In this document: positions 47,899 to 56,451 of the stretch, one piece after another | How the letters are laid out: each line of letters begins with the position of its first letter | How positions within the stretch are numbered: the stretch's first letter is position 1 | NCBI GenBank assembly: GCA_001793095.1 | Contig: MGHG01000012.1 | Coordinates: 72,647 to 136,646, forward strand | Source: Candidatus Woesebacteria bacterium RIFCSPLOWO2_01_FULL_39_23 | GTDB taxonomy: Bacteria; Patescibacteriota; Microgenomatia; UBA8517 | Direction of reading: 5' to 3' | Length of the DNA stretch: 64,000 nucleotides | Position numbers and translations under genes: made by a program | The notes under the pieces: model-generated | Databases searched by the model: none | What the model was told of the DNA's origin: nothing | Seen by the model: the letters and a program-made list of their open reading frames with translations, nothing else

Positions 47899-48375
47899 AT
47901 GGAAATGAAATTACCTAAGGTTATCGATAAAAGAAAAAAGAGGTTGGGACGTGGTTATGGAAGTGGCAAGGGTGGTCACACTTCAAGTCGTGGACAGAAA
48001 GGTCAGAAATCACGGGGAAAGGTTGGAGTAATTTTTGAAGGATATAAAGTTAAGAAATCTCTAATCAAAAGATTACCTCTAAGACGCGGAAAGGATAAAT
48101 TTAAAGCTAAAGCAAAAGCTATTATAGTTGATATTAACCTTCTTAATATTTTCAAGGATGGATCTATCGTTGATTTGGATAGTTTGATTGAAAAGAAATT
48201 GGTTAACCCGGAAGATGCAAAAACATTCGGTGTTAAAGTATTGGGTAATGGAAAATTGGAAAAGAAGTTGACAATCAGTCTTCCGATTTCCAAATCAGGA
48301 GCTTTGCAAGTCGAAAAGTTGGGAGGAAAAGTTATTGTTTCAGCGAGGAGCTCAAAGCTTAAAACTCAAAGTTGA
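47899..48375 (+). CDS. rplO: 50S ribosomal protein L15 (no rpmD/L30 gene between rpsE and rplO)
   Basis: RLGRGYGSGKGGHTSSRGQKGQKSR. Confidence 0.9.
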   Translation: MEMKLPKVIDKRKKRLGRGYGSGKGGHTSSRGQKGQKSRGKVGVIFEGYKVKKSLIKRLPLRRGKDKFKAKAKAIIVDINLLNIFKDGSIVDLDSLIEKKLVNPEDAKTFGVKVLGNGKLEKKLTISLPISKSGALQVEKLGGKVIVSARSSKLKTQS

Positions 48376-48429
48376 AGAGTTTTTATTTTTTAGTTTTGAG
48401 TTATTAGTTGTAAGTTTTGAGTTAAAATC

Positions 48430-49710
48430 ATGTTCTCTTCAATATTACAATTTTTTTCGAGAGCCTATAAATCTAAAGATATTAGGCGAAAACTTTTAAT
48501 TACAGCGGCAATTTTGGTTGTATACCGGCTATTAGCACATATTCCTGCATCAGGTGTCGACAGGAGCTCTCTTCAGGCTCTTTTTACATCTAGCCCGCTC
48601 TTATCTCTCTTAGATGTTTTTTCCGGAGGAACACTTGCAAACTTTTCCATTTTAGCTTTGGGTTTAACGCCTTACATCAATGCGTCTATTATTATGCAGC
48701 TTCTGACGTACGTAATTCCGAGCTTTGAGGAGCTTTCGAAAGAGGGAGAGTACGGCCAGGAGAGGATAAATCAGTATACGAGATTTTTGACTGTTCCACT
48801 TTCAATTATGCAAGCATTCGGTATGTTTATGCTTCTGAAAAATCAGGGTATTATTCCTGCAATCGCACCAAATATGCTTATTGCACTAATTTTAACAATG
48901 AGTGCGGGAGCTATGATTGCAGTTTGGTTGGGTGAACTAATAACAGAGTATGGGTTGGGTAATGGTGTATCCTTTTTGATTTTCGCCGGAATTGTAGCCA
49001 GACTGCCAGTGACTTTAGGTCAATCAGTCTCAGTTGTTCAAACTGCCGATTTATTAAAAATTGCGATATTTATAGTACTATCTATTGTTATTGTCGGTTT
49101 AATAGTTTTTATGAATGAAGCGACAAGGCAAATTCCGATAAGTTATGCCAGGCGTGCTGGCAAAAGTGCGATTGGTTCATCTTACCTGCCTCTTAGATTG
49201 AATCAAGCAGGAGTTATCCCGATTATTTTTGCAGTTTCACTCGTTCTCCTTCCGTCGTTGATCGGGCAATTCCTCTCGGGTGTGCAAAACGCTCGTGTTG
49301 CTGAGTTTGCCTCAAGAATAACAAGCTCTTTTAATCCGCAGTCTTTTATCTATAATTTAGTTTATTTTCTTTTAGTATTTGGATTCACATATTTTTATAC
49401 TTCAGTTGTCTTTAACCCGGAGAAAATTTCGGAAAGTTTACAGAAAAACGGTGGTTTTATTCCGGGAATAAGACCGGGTACTAATACCACAGACTATCTA
49501 TCAAGGGTTCTGAACAGAATTACGCTCGTTGGTGCAACTTTCTTGGGATTAGTTGCAATTTTGCCGTCATTTTTTCAGAGTTTTATAGGAGTTTCCAATC
49601 TGGCAATAGGGGGAACCGGTATTTTGATTGTTGTGTCGGTTGTTTTGGAAATTACCCGTGACCTTGAAGCACAGCTCGTTATGAAAAGATATGAAACATA
49701 TCTTAGGTAA
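48430..49710 (+). CDS. secY: Preprotein translocase subunit SecY
   Basis: 10-TM SecY pattern. Confidence 0.95.
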   Translation: MFSSILQFFSRAYKSKDIRRKLLITAAILVVYRLLAHIPASGVDRSSLQALFTSSPLLSLLDVFSGGTLANFSILALGLTPYINASIIMQLLTYVIPSFEELSKEGEYGQERINQYTRFLTVPLSIMQAFGMFMLLKNQGIIPAIAPNMLIALILTMSAGAMIAVWLGELITEYGLGNGVSFLIFAGIVARLPVTLGQSVSVVQTADLLKIAIFIVLSIVIVGLIVFMNEATRQIPISYARRAGKSAIGSSYLPLRLNQAGVIPIIFAVSLVLLPSLIGQFLSGVQNARVAEFASRITSSFNPQSFIYNLVYFLLVFGFTYFYTSVVFNPEKISESLQKNGGFIPGIRPGTNTTDYLSRVLNRITLVGATFLGLVAILPSFFQSFIGVSNLAIGGTGILIVVSVVLEITRDLEAQLVMKRYETYLR

Positions 49711-49715
49711 TAATT

Positions 49716-50360
49716 ATGAATATTGTAATCTTGGGAGCACCAGGGTCGGGTAAGGGAACTCAATCTGAGCTTCTTGCAAATAAATTGAACCTGTTTTATT
49801 TCCAGACTGGTGAGTTGGCAAGAGAGCTTGCAAAAAAAGATAAAAGAATTAGAGAGATTGTAGATTCCGGTAGGCTGATTCCAAAAGAGGAGATGACAAT
49901 GTACGCATTAGATAATCTAAAGGAAAGCAAATCCAATTATAAAGACATTCTTTTTGAAGGGTTTCCAAGGTTTATTTCTCAATATGAAGCACTTGAGAAA
50001 TTTTTACTGTTAAAGGGTGATGATATAGATGCGGTTATTTCATTAGACATAAGCCAGGAAGGAGCAGTAAGAAGATTATCCTCGAGAAGAGTGTGTGAAG
50101 AATGTGGTGAGGTTTATAACCTACTTACAAATCCACCGAAGGAGCCAGACAAATGTGATAAATGCGGAGGTAGACTGTTCCATCGAGAAGATGATAAGCC
50201 AGAATCAATACGAGTTAGGTTTATTGATTTTCAGGAGAATACAAAGAAACTTATAGATTATTTGGAAAAACAAGGAAAATTGATAAGAGTTAATGCGGAA
50301 AGGCCGATCGACGAGATTTTTCAGGAAATTTTACAGAAGTTGGGGATTAATAATGAATAA
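49716..50360 (+). CDS. adk: Adenylate kinase (Zn-binding lid)
   Basis: ILGAPGSGKGTQ; CEECG...CDKCG. Confidence 0.9.
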   Translation: MNIVILGAPGSGKGTQSELLANKLNLFYFQTGELARELAKKDKRIREIVDSGRLIPKEEMTMYALDNLKESKSNYKDILFEGFPRFISQYEALEKFLLLKGDDIDAVISLDISQEGAVRRLSSRRVCEECGEVYNLLTNPPKEPDKCDKCGGRLFHREDDKPESIRVRFIDFQENTKKLIDYLEKQGKLIRVNAERPIDEIFQEILQKLGINNE

Positions 50361-51111
50361 GAAAAATATATTAACTAAATCAGAAAAAGAAATTGCAATA
50401 ATGATTGAGGGAGGTAGAAAGCTTGCTGAGGTAAAAAAAAGGTTGGCTGAATCCGTCGAGATCGGTGGAAACGCGAAGAATATCGAGGATGTAGCAACTG
50501 ATCTTATAGAAAAAAACGGTGGAAAGCCGTCCTTCAGGATGGTTCCAAATTATAGTTGGGCTACATGCGTTAATATAAATGAGGGAGTTGTCCACGGGAT
50601 TCCAAGACCGGAGATAGTTTTCAAAAAGGGGGATGTTGTTAGTGTTGACGTGGGATTATTTTATAAAGGATTTCATACAGACACGTCTTTTACGGTTGGG
50701 TTGGGTGTTAGTGCTGAGATGGAAAAATTTTTAGAAACTGGTAAAAAAGCTCTCAGCATGGCAATATCAGCGACAAAGGCGGGAGGGCGAATTTATGATA
50801 TCTCACAAGCCATCGAGACAACGCTTGTTTCCCAAGGTTATCATGCGGTATCGGCTTTAATCGGACACGGTGTAGGAAGAGAATTACATGAGGAACCGCA
50901 AATACCCGGTTTTACTCAGGGAGAGAGGGGCGATAGTCCAATAATTCCGATAGGTGCAACATTGGCAATTGAGGTAATTTATACGATGGGCAGTCCAAAT
51001 ATCATGGTGGGAAGAGACGGATGGACAATTTATATGCGTGATGGTAAAATATCAGCACTTTACGAAGATACTGTAGCGGTAACAAAAGAAGGTACGATTT
51101 TATTAACGTAG
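50353..51111 (+). CDS. map: Methionine aminopeptidase type I
   Basis: Pita-bread fold motifs. Start at the MNKKNIL ATG overlaps the adk stop. Confidence 0.85.
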   Translation: MNKKNILTKSEKEIAIMIEGGRKLAEVKKRLAESVEIGGNAKNIEDVATDLIEKNGGKPSFRMVPNYSWATCVNINEGVVHGIPRPEIVFKKGDVVSVDVGLFYKGFHTDTSFTVGLGVSAEMEKFLETGKKALSMAISATKAGGRIYDISQAIETTLVSQGYHAVSALIGHGVGRELHEEPQIPGFTQGERGDSPIIPIGATLAIEVIYTMGSPNIMVGRDGWTIYMRDGKISALYEDTVAVTKEGTILLT

Positions 51112-51157
51112 TTGAGAAACCAGGTTTGAAATCTCCTGGTTTTTATTTTGTTGAGAT

Positions 51158-51376
51158 ATGACAAATGCAGGCGATAAAACTTTTGTAAACGGAAAGGTTA
51201 TGCAGGCATTGCCGAATACAATGTTTAGCGTTGAATTGGATGATGGCAGAAGTATTTTGACGACATTAACCGGAAAAATGAGAAGGAATTATATCAGAAT
51301 TTTTCCAGGAGATAGAGTAAAAGTAGAAATGACAAAATATGATACGGATAGAGGAAGAATAGTATTTAAGTTTTAA
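51158..51376 (+). CDS. infA: Translation initiation factor IF-1
   Basis: GKV.QALPNTMF.VEL.DG...GKMRRNYIRI.PGD.V.VE.T.YD...GRIVF. Confidence 0.95.
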   Translation: MTNAGDKTFVNGKVMQALPNTMFSVELDDGRSILTTLTGKMRRNYIRIFPGDRVKVEMTKYDTDRGRIVFKF

Positions 51377-51422
51377 AATTAAATTATTAAATTAATTACA
51401 ATCCTGAGTTTACCGAAGGATT

Positions 51423-51501
51423 GAGAGGAGTTGCTGGTGATAGCTGAAAGTCACGTTTGTGTAAACCAAATGTGACGAAAGCGAAAGCCAAGCAAGGACG
51501 T
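51423..51501 (+). repeat. Structured intergenic element, member 2 (infA-rpmJ): GAGAGGAGTTGCTGGTGATAGCTGAAAG, hairpin GTCACGTTTG/CAAATGTGAC, GAAAGCGAAAGCCAAGCAAGGACGT-ATG
   Basis: Aligned by eye to the other three members. Confidence 0.6.
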
Positions 51502-51615
51502 ATGAAAGTTGGTTCATCAGTAAAAAAAAGATGCAGGGATTGCAAAATAGTCAGACGCCGAGGGGTTATCTATGTTATATGTAAAAACCCCCGACACAAA
51601 CAGCGTCAGGGATAA
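51502..51615 (+). CDS. rpmJ: 50S ribosomal protein L36 (37 aa; below the ORF-track cutoff)
   Basis: [37 protein letters not shown], with the CxxC...CxxxxH Zn-ribbon. Confidence 0.9.
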   Translation: MKVGSSVKKRCRDCKIVRRRGVIYVICKNPRHKQRQG

Positions 51616-51688
51616 CCTTATTCTGACTTTCTTTAAAAAAGAAAGTCAGGCAAAGAAGAAGTAAATAACTAATTTGCGAAGCAAATTT

Positions 51689-51759
51689 GGGAGGAGTTGG
51701 CGACTGAAAGCTGAAATCCCGATTTTAATCGGGAGAAAGCATAAGTCGAACAAGGACGA
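51689..51759 (+). repeat. Structured intergenic element, member 3 (rpmJ-rpsM): GGGAGGAGTTGGCGACTGAAAGCTGAAA, hairpin TCCCGA/TCGGGA, GAAAGCATAAGTCGAACAAGGACGA-ATG
   Basis: Preceded by a perfect 12-bp stem CTGACTTTCTTT/AAAGAAAGTCAG at 51626-51653. Confidence 0.6.
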
Positions 51760-52167
51760 ATGGCACGAATCGCTGGAATAGAATTACAAGATAAAGACAG
51801 AGTTGTCTATGCTCTAACTAAAATTAAGGGTATAGGTATGTCGTTGTCAAAAAAGATTCTTAGCGCATTAAAAATAGATGAAACCCTGAGAGTTAAGGAT
51901 CTCAGGGGTGAGGATCAGGCTAAGATTACAGCAACAATAGAAACATACCTGACCGAAGGAGACTTAATCCGACAGGTCAGGTCAAACATTGCTAGACTCC
52001 AAAGAACAGGATCTTATAGGGGGGTCAGGCATTCGAGAAATTTACCGTCGCGAGGACAAAGAACAAGACATAATGCCAGAACTAAAAGAGGTAAAAGAAA
52101 GACAGTGGGAGCGTTTAAAAAAGAAGCTTTAGCAAAAGTCCAAACAGTGAAAACTGAAACCAAATAA
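51760..52167 (+). CDS. rpsM: 30S ribosomal protein S13
   Basis: MARIAGIELQ... Confidence 0.95.
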   Translation: MARIAGIELQDKDRVVYALTKIKGIGMSLSKKILSALKIDETLRVKDLRGEDQAKITATIETYLTEGDLIRQVRSNIARLQRTGSYRGVRHSRNLPSRGQRTRHNARTKRGKRKTVGAFKKEALAKVQTVKTETK

Positions 52168-52169
52168 TC

Positions 52170-52535
52170 ATGGCAAAAACGAAAGAGATCACAACAGGTA
52201 AAATATATATTTCGGCGAGTTTCAATAATACCCTTGTTACAATAACGGATAATAAGGGTGATGTCATCGGATGGAGTTCTTCCGGGAACTCTGGTTTTAA
52301 AGGAACCAGAAAATCGACTCCTTATGCAGCTACGACAGCTGTTGATAAGATAGTAAAAAAAGTAAAAGAAGATTACGGCTTAAGAGAGGTTGAGATATAT
52401 GTTAAAGGCCCCGGCTCTGGGCGCGATGCGGCACTTCGTGCAATTAGAGCGGCTGATCTTAAAATTTCAATGATTGCTGACGTGACGCCGATTCCGCATA
52501 ACGGACCGAGGCCGAAGAAAAAAAGGAGAGCATAG
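52170..52535 (+). CDS. rpsK: 30S ribosomal protein S11
   Basis: S11 similarity. Confidence 0.95.
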   Translation: MAKTKEITTGKIYISASFNNTLVTITDNKGDVIGWSSSGNSGFKGTRKSTPYAATTAVDKIVKKVKEDYGLREVEIYVKGPGSGRDAALRAIRAADLKISMIADVTPIPHNGPRPKKKRRA

Positions 52536-52610
52536 AGGAGTTAACGGCGATAGCTGTAAGTTACGTTCAGTTTCATGAACGTAACGGAAGCGTAAGCTTA
52601 TTAATGACGA
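52533..52610 (+). repeat. Structured intergenic element, member 4 (rpsK-rpsD): TAGAGGAGTTAACGGCGATAGCTGTAAG, hairpin GTTACGTTCA/TGAACGTAAC, GGAAGCGTAAGC..ATGACGA-ATG
   Basis: Starts on the rpsK stop codon; 10-bp perfect stem. Confidence 0.6.
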
Positions 52611-53207
52611 ATGAGATATACAGGACCAAAAGATAGATTATCGAGAAGAGAGGGATTTGACCTTTTTGGTAAGGGAGCAAAACTTACCAGATTGAGCGTT
52701 CCCCCGGGTGTGCATGGCCCGAGAGGTTCAAGAAATAAGTCTCAATATGGTAGACAGCTTCGGGAAAAGCAGAAGGTAAAAAGGTTATATGGTTTAATGG
52801 AAAGACAATTCAGAAAGTATGCAGATATTGCACTTAAGACAAAAGGTAATACGGGAGAAAAATTAATAGCTCTTCTTGAAAGAAGATTGGATAATGTTGT
52901 TTTTAGACTTGGTTTTGCTCCTACCCGTCCATCGGCAAGGCAGGTTGTAGCACATCGCCATGTTCTGGTTAATTCTAAGAAAGTAAATATACCTTCATAT
53001 CAGGTTCGAAGTGGTGATATAATATCGCTCACGCCCAAGGGATCTGAGATTCCTGCAGTGAAAAAAATGCTGACAAATAAGGATGTAAATATGCCGACAT
53101 GGCTTAAGAGAAAGGCAATTATTGGCCAGGTAGTACGTGACCCTAAAAGGGAAGATATAGTAGAACCAATTAGCGAACAAGATATCGTAGAGTTTTACTC
53201 CAGATAG
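52611..53207 (+). CDS. rpsD: 30S ribosomal protein S4
   Basis: MRYTGPKDRLSRREG... Confidence 0.95.
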   Translation: MRYTGPKDRLSRREGFDLFGKGAKLTRLSVPPGVHGPRGSRNKSQYGRQLREKQKVKRLYGLMERQFRKYADIALKTKGNTGEKLIALLERRLDNVVFRLGFAPTRPSARQVVAHRHVLVNSKKVNIPSYQVRSGDIISLTPKGSEIPAVKKMLTNKDVNMPTWLKRKAIIGQVVRDPKREDIVEPISEQDIVEFYSR

Positions 53208-53316
53208 TTCTGGAGCTAAGCTTTGCTATTTCTAAATAGGTGGAGGCTTGCCGCTCCGTAGCCAAACTAAAGGGGAAACCCTACTCCGCTAAAGCTACGG
53301 AAGGGTTCGCCATTAT

Positions 53317-54270
53317 TTGTTAATTTTTAAAGCGGAGGCGAAGGGCGGTGAAAGAAAATTGAACGAACCAATTTTTGAAACACAAGAAGAGCAACAAAAA
53401 GGAAATTATGGACGATTTGTTATAAGTCCTTTACAAGAAGGATTTGGTAATACTTTGGGTAATTCTTTAAGACGAGTCTTATTAATGTCTTTACCTGGCG
53501 CTGCAATTACCTCCGTCAAAATAGGCGGAGTTAAGCATCAGTTTTCTACTCTCAAGGGCATGAAAGAGGACATTGTTGAATTTGTTTTAAATCTCAAAAA
53601 GGTAAGAGTAAATTATGTCGGAGACAAGCCTGCCAGAGCAAGTCTTACGATTAAAGGACCGAAAGAGGTAAAAGCAGGAGATATTGAAACAGACGCAAAT
53701 GTCACAATTGCTAATCCCGATTTGGTTTTGGCCAACCTCAATAAAGACGCAAATATTTCTGCCAAGATGGACGTCGAAATGGGGTCAGGTTATTCACCGG
53801 CTGAGGATAGAAAAACAGGTGAGATTGGTGTAATTCCACTCGATGCATCTTTTTCTCCGGTAATAAGAGTAAATTATAAAATTGAAGAGACGCGTGTCGG
53901 AAGGTTTACAAATTACGATAAACTTATACTGGAAATTTGGACGGATGGTACAATTTCTCCGAAAGAAGCACTGCTTTCGGCGGCAAAGACACTAGTCACA
54001 TATTACAACCAATTGGTAAATCCAAAAAAGGTTGAGAAAAAAGAAATAACAGATGGCAATGAACTCGGACTTGTCGGAAAACTTTCTGTTGAAGAGATCA
54101 ACTTACCAACAAGAGTTGCCAATGCTTTGGTTAAAGCAGGTTATGATACTGTTGAAGATTTAGTAAAAACCAAAAGATCGGAACTCGTTAAGGTGAGAAA
54201 TCTCGGAGAAAAATCAGTCAAGATTGTTGAAGCAGCACTTGGAGAAAAAGGATTACAGTTGACAGATTAA
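53317..54270 (+). CDS. rpoA: DNA-directed RNA polymerase subunit alpha (start uncertain: TTG at 53317 or in-frame TTG at 53359)
   Basis: GRFVISPLQEGFGNTLGNSLRRVLL; C-terminal domain present. Confidence 0.85.
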   Translation: MLIFKAEAKGGERKLNEPIFETQEEQQKGNYGRFVISPLQEGFGNTLGNSLRRVLLMSLPGAAITSVKIGGVKHQFSTLKGMKEDIVEFVLNLKKVRVNYVGDKPARASLTIKGPKEVKAGDIETDANVTIANPDLVLANLNKDANISAKMDVEMGSGYSPAEDRKTGEIGVIPLDASFSPVIRVNYKIEETRVGRFTNYDKLILEIWTDGTISPKEALLSAAKTLVTYYNQLVNPKKVEKKEITDGNELGLVGKLSVEEINLPTRVANALVKAGYDTVEDLVKTKRSELVKVRNLGEKSVKIVEAALGEKGLQLTD

Positions 54271-54281
54271 TAATTTTCCGT

Positions 54282-54785
54282 ATGAGAAAAAGAGTATTTG
54301 GAAGAAATCTTGGTAGATCTTATACTGCGAAAAAAGCTCTGACTAGGTCTTTAGTTAAAGCTATTGTTGGCAGTGGTGATATTGTAACAACAAAGGCTAA
54401 AGCGAAGTTTTTCTTACCCGAGCTGGAAAGAATGATTAACTTGGCAGGAAAGGGTGGTGTGGCGGAGCGAAGAGCAATTTATGCAAAATTAGCTAATGAT
54501 AGAGATACGACAGATCGATTATTTGAGATTGCTAAAACCCTGAAAGCTGTCAGGGGTGGGTATTTTAAGGTTGTAAATTTACCAAGCCGTCGTGGAGATA
54601 GGGCCAGTACAGTCAAAATCAGTTGGAGTCAAAAGTTTGAAAAAACTGAAAAATCTAAAAAGGCGGCGTCTAAATCCGGCAAAAAAAGTGAAACAAAGGA
54701 AACAAAAGATAAAAGCACAAGCGCTAAAAGTTTGAAAGGCAGATTAGCTAAATTAAGGAAGAGAACTGCGAAATCTAAAAAATAA
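54282..54785 (+). CDS. rplQ: 50S ribosomal protein L17 with Lys-rich tail
   Basis: L17 core plus KS-rich extension. Confidence 0.9.
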   Translation: MRKRVFGRNLGRSYTAKKALTRSLVKAIVGSGDIVTTKAKAKFFLPELERMINLAGKGGVAERRAIYAKLANDRDTTDRLFEIAKTLKAVRGGYFKVVNLPSRRGDRASTVKISWSQKFEKTEKSKKAASKSGKKSETKETKDKSTSAKSLKGRLAKLRKRTAKSKK

Positions 54786-54805
54786 ATCAGCGATAATAAG
54801 TAATT

Positions 54806-55246
54806 ATGAAAACCTATAAAACATATCAACCTAGACAGAAAGATGTAATACGGGAATGGCATTTAATCGATGCTAAAGGTGCTGTTTTGGGTCGGTTGGC
54901 AACTGAGGTTGCTACTTATTTGACAGGAAAGAATAAAGCGACATATTCAAATCATATGGATGTTGGTGGCTGGGTTATTGTGACAAATGCGAGGGATGTT
55001 ATTCTTACAGGAAAGAAGTCTATCCAAAAATTATATAGAAGCCATTCCGGATTTCCGGGAGGTTTTAAGGAAATAAAATTTGAGAAAATGTTTGCAGAAC
55101 GACCGACAAAGGTTATAGAATTAGCGGTTTCAGGCATGTTGCCCGACAATAGATTAAAAAGTAAAAGGCTGGCCAGACTTAAAGTGTATGCAGATGAAAA
55201 GCATCCGTATGGAAACAGATTTCAGAATAAACAACAAAGTGCATAG
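54806..55246 (+). CDS. rplM: 50S ribosomal protein L13
   Basis: WHLIDAKGAVLGRLAT. Confidence 0.95.
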   Translation: MKTYKTYQPRQKDVIREWHLIDAKGAVLGRLATEVATYLTGKNKATYSNHMDVGGWVIVTNARDVILTGKKSIQKLYRSHSGFPGGFKEIKFEKMFAERPTKVIELAVSGMLPDNRLKSKRLARLKVYADEKHPYGNRFQNKQQSA

Positions 55247-55259
55247 AGAAAGCTAAAGT

Positions 55260-55667
55260 ATGAAAAAGAAAAAAACTGATTATATTTTCGCAAAAGGTAG
55301 ACGTAAATCTGCATCTTCTCGTGTAAGACTTTATAAAGGTAAAGGGGAAAGTACAGTCAACGGTAAGACTGTTGATGAGTATTTTCCGGGCGTAGTAGGA
55401 AAAAATGCTTGGACTAATCCATTTAAACTTGTTGACGTAGAGGATAAATATTACGTCAGCGTAAAGGTCAAAGGCGGAGGCAAGAACGGGCAATTAGATG
55501 CAGTTGTCCATGGAATTGCAAGAGCCCTATCTCTAGCGGATAGAGAAAACTTTAGACCGGCTCTTAAAAAAGCTAAAATTTTAACCCGTGATCCGCGAGT
55601 CCGCGAACGCCGAAAAATCGGCACCGGCGGTAAAGCGAGGAGGAAAAAGCAGAGTCCAAAACGATGA
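55260..55667 (+). CDS. rpsI: 30S ribosomal protein S9
   Basis: Ends ...GGKARRKKQSPKR*. Confidence 0.95.
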   Translation: MKKKKTDYIFAKGRRKSASSRVRLYKGKGESTVNGKTVDEYFPGVVGKNAWTNPFKLVDVEDKYYVSVKVKGGGKNGQLDAVVHGIARALSLADRENFRPALKKAKILTRDPRVRERRKIGTGGKARRKKQSPKR

Positions 55668-55743
55668 TTTTTCCTTTGCAGTCCCGCGCTTTCGCTCCTC
55701 GAGTCGTATTCGAATAGAATCTAAAGACGAGAAGTAAAAAAGT

Positions 55744-55782
55744 GCTGGGGCGAGACGCAAAAAACAAAGTCCAAAGAGATAA
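55744..55782 (+). repeat. Relic duplicate of the rpsI 3' end (encodes AGARRKKQSPKR* in its own frame)
   Basis: GGGGCGAGACGCAAAAAACAAAGTCCAAAGAGATAA vs the rpsI end AAAGCGAGGAGGAAAAAGCAGAGTCCAAAACGATGA; same peptide, 78 nt downstream. Confidence 0.5.
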
Positions 55783-55783
55783 G

Positions 55784-56451
55784 TTATTTCTTGTTAATTG
55801 CCTTTTGTAGTTCCTTATAAAAACTGATTAAATTAAATTCTGCGTTTTTCCAATATGTTCCAACATTCTTAGGGGGAGTAAGCGGATCTTCAGCCAAATC
55901 GTGTTGCCTGGTAGCTTCTGCTTTGTATTTACCAGCATTAGTTAACAAAGAGGGATCAATATTTAAAACAACAGAATAAAGATTTACAAACGCATCTGCC
56001 AATTTAGATTTGTCAGATTTTTTTCCAGCTCGTCGTGCAATTTCCACCAGCCAACCTCCAATTTAGCTGCTTTGGTATTATCAAAATTCATGCCTGTGGC
56101 ATCTTTTATTTTCCGATAATATTCAGAGGCTGAATTTGTTGCCCTACCCCATTCTCTTATATCGTGGTATTTAGTGGCCTCAATTAAAGGTTCCAAAGAT
56201 TCTCTTGCTTCACCTTCGCTCAAGCCGAATAATTCAAGGTGTTCCTGAATCAAAAATGTTAATAGAAGTTTATGGTTTTTCTCATTGTGGGCTTTCCACG
56301 AACTAACTTCAAATTTTCCGACTTTTTCAGGATCAAATCTGACCATATAAATCCGTAATAAAGATTTACCTAACTTCGTTATGATATAATTCTTTTCATG
56401 CCTAGTAAAGATGAAATTATCCTTCCTAAGGGAACTATACTTCCAAATCAT
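55784..56451 (-). CDS. Hypothetical protein (paralogous to the UppS C-terminal extension), split into two overlapping ORFs by a frameshift at a T7/A7 homopolymer (56018-56024)
   Basis: ORFs 55984..56451 and 55784..56047 (minus) rejoin as ...KLHDELEKK|SDKSKLADAF... when one A is inserted or deleted in the A7 run. Confidence 0.45.

Noticed and set aside
51423-51480. Tiny uORF starting at the TTG after GAGGAG inside the intergenic elements
   Set aside because: Reading frames and lengths are not conserved among the four copies (16, 6 and more than 25 codons), so the conserved feature is RNA sequence and structure, not coding.
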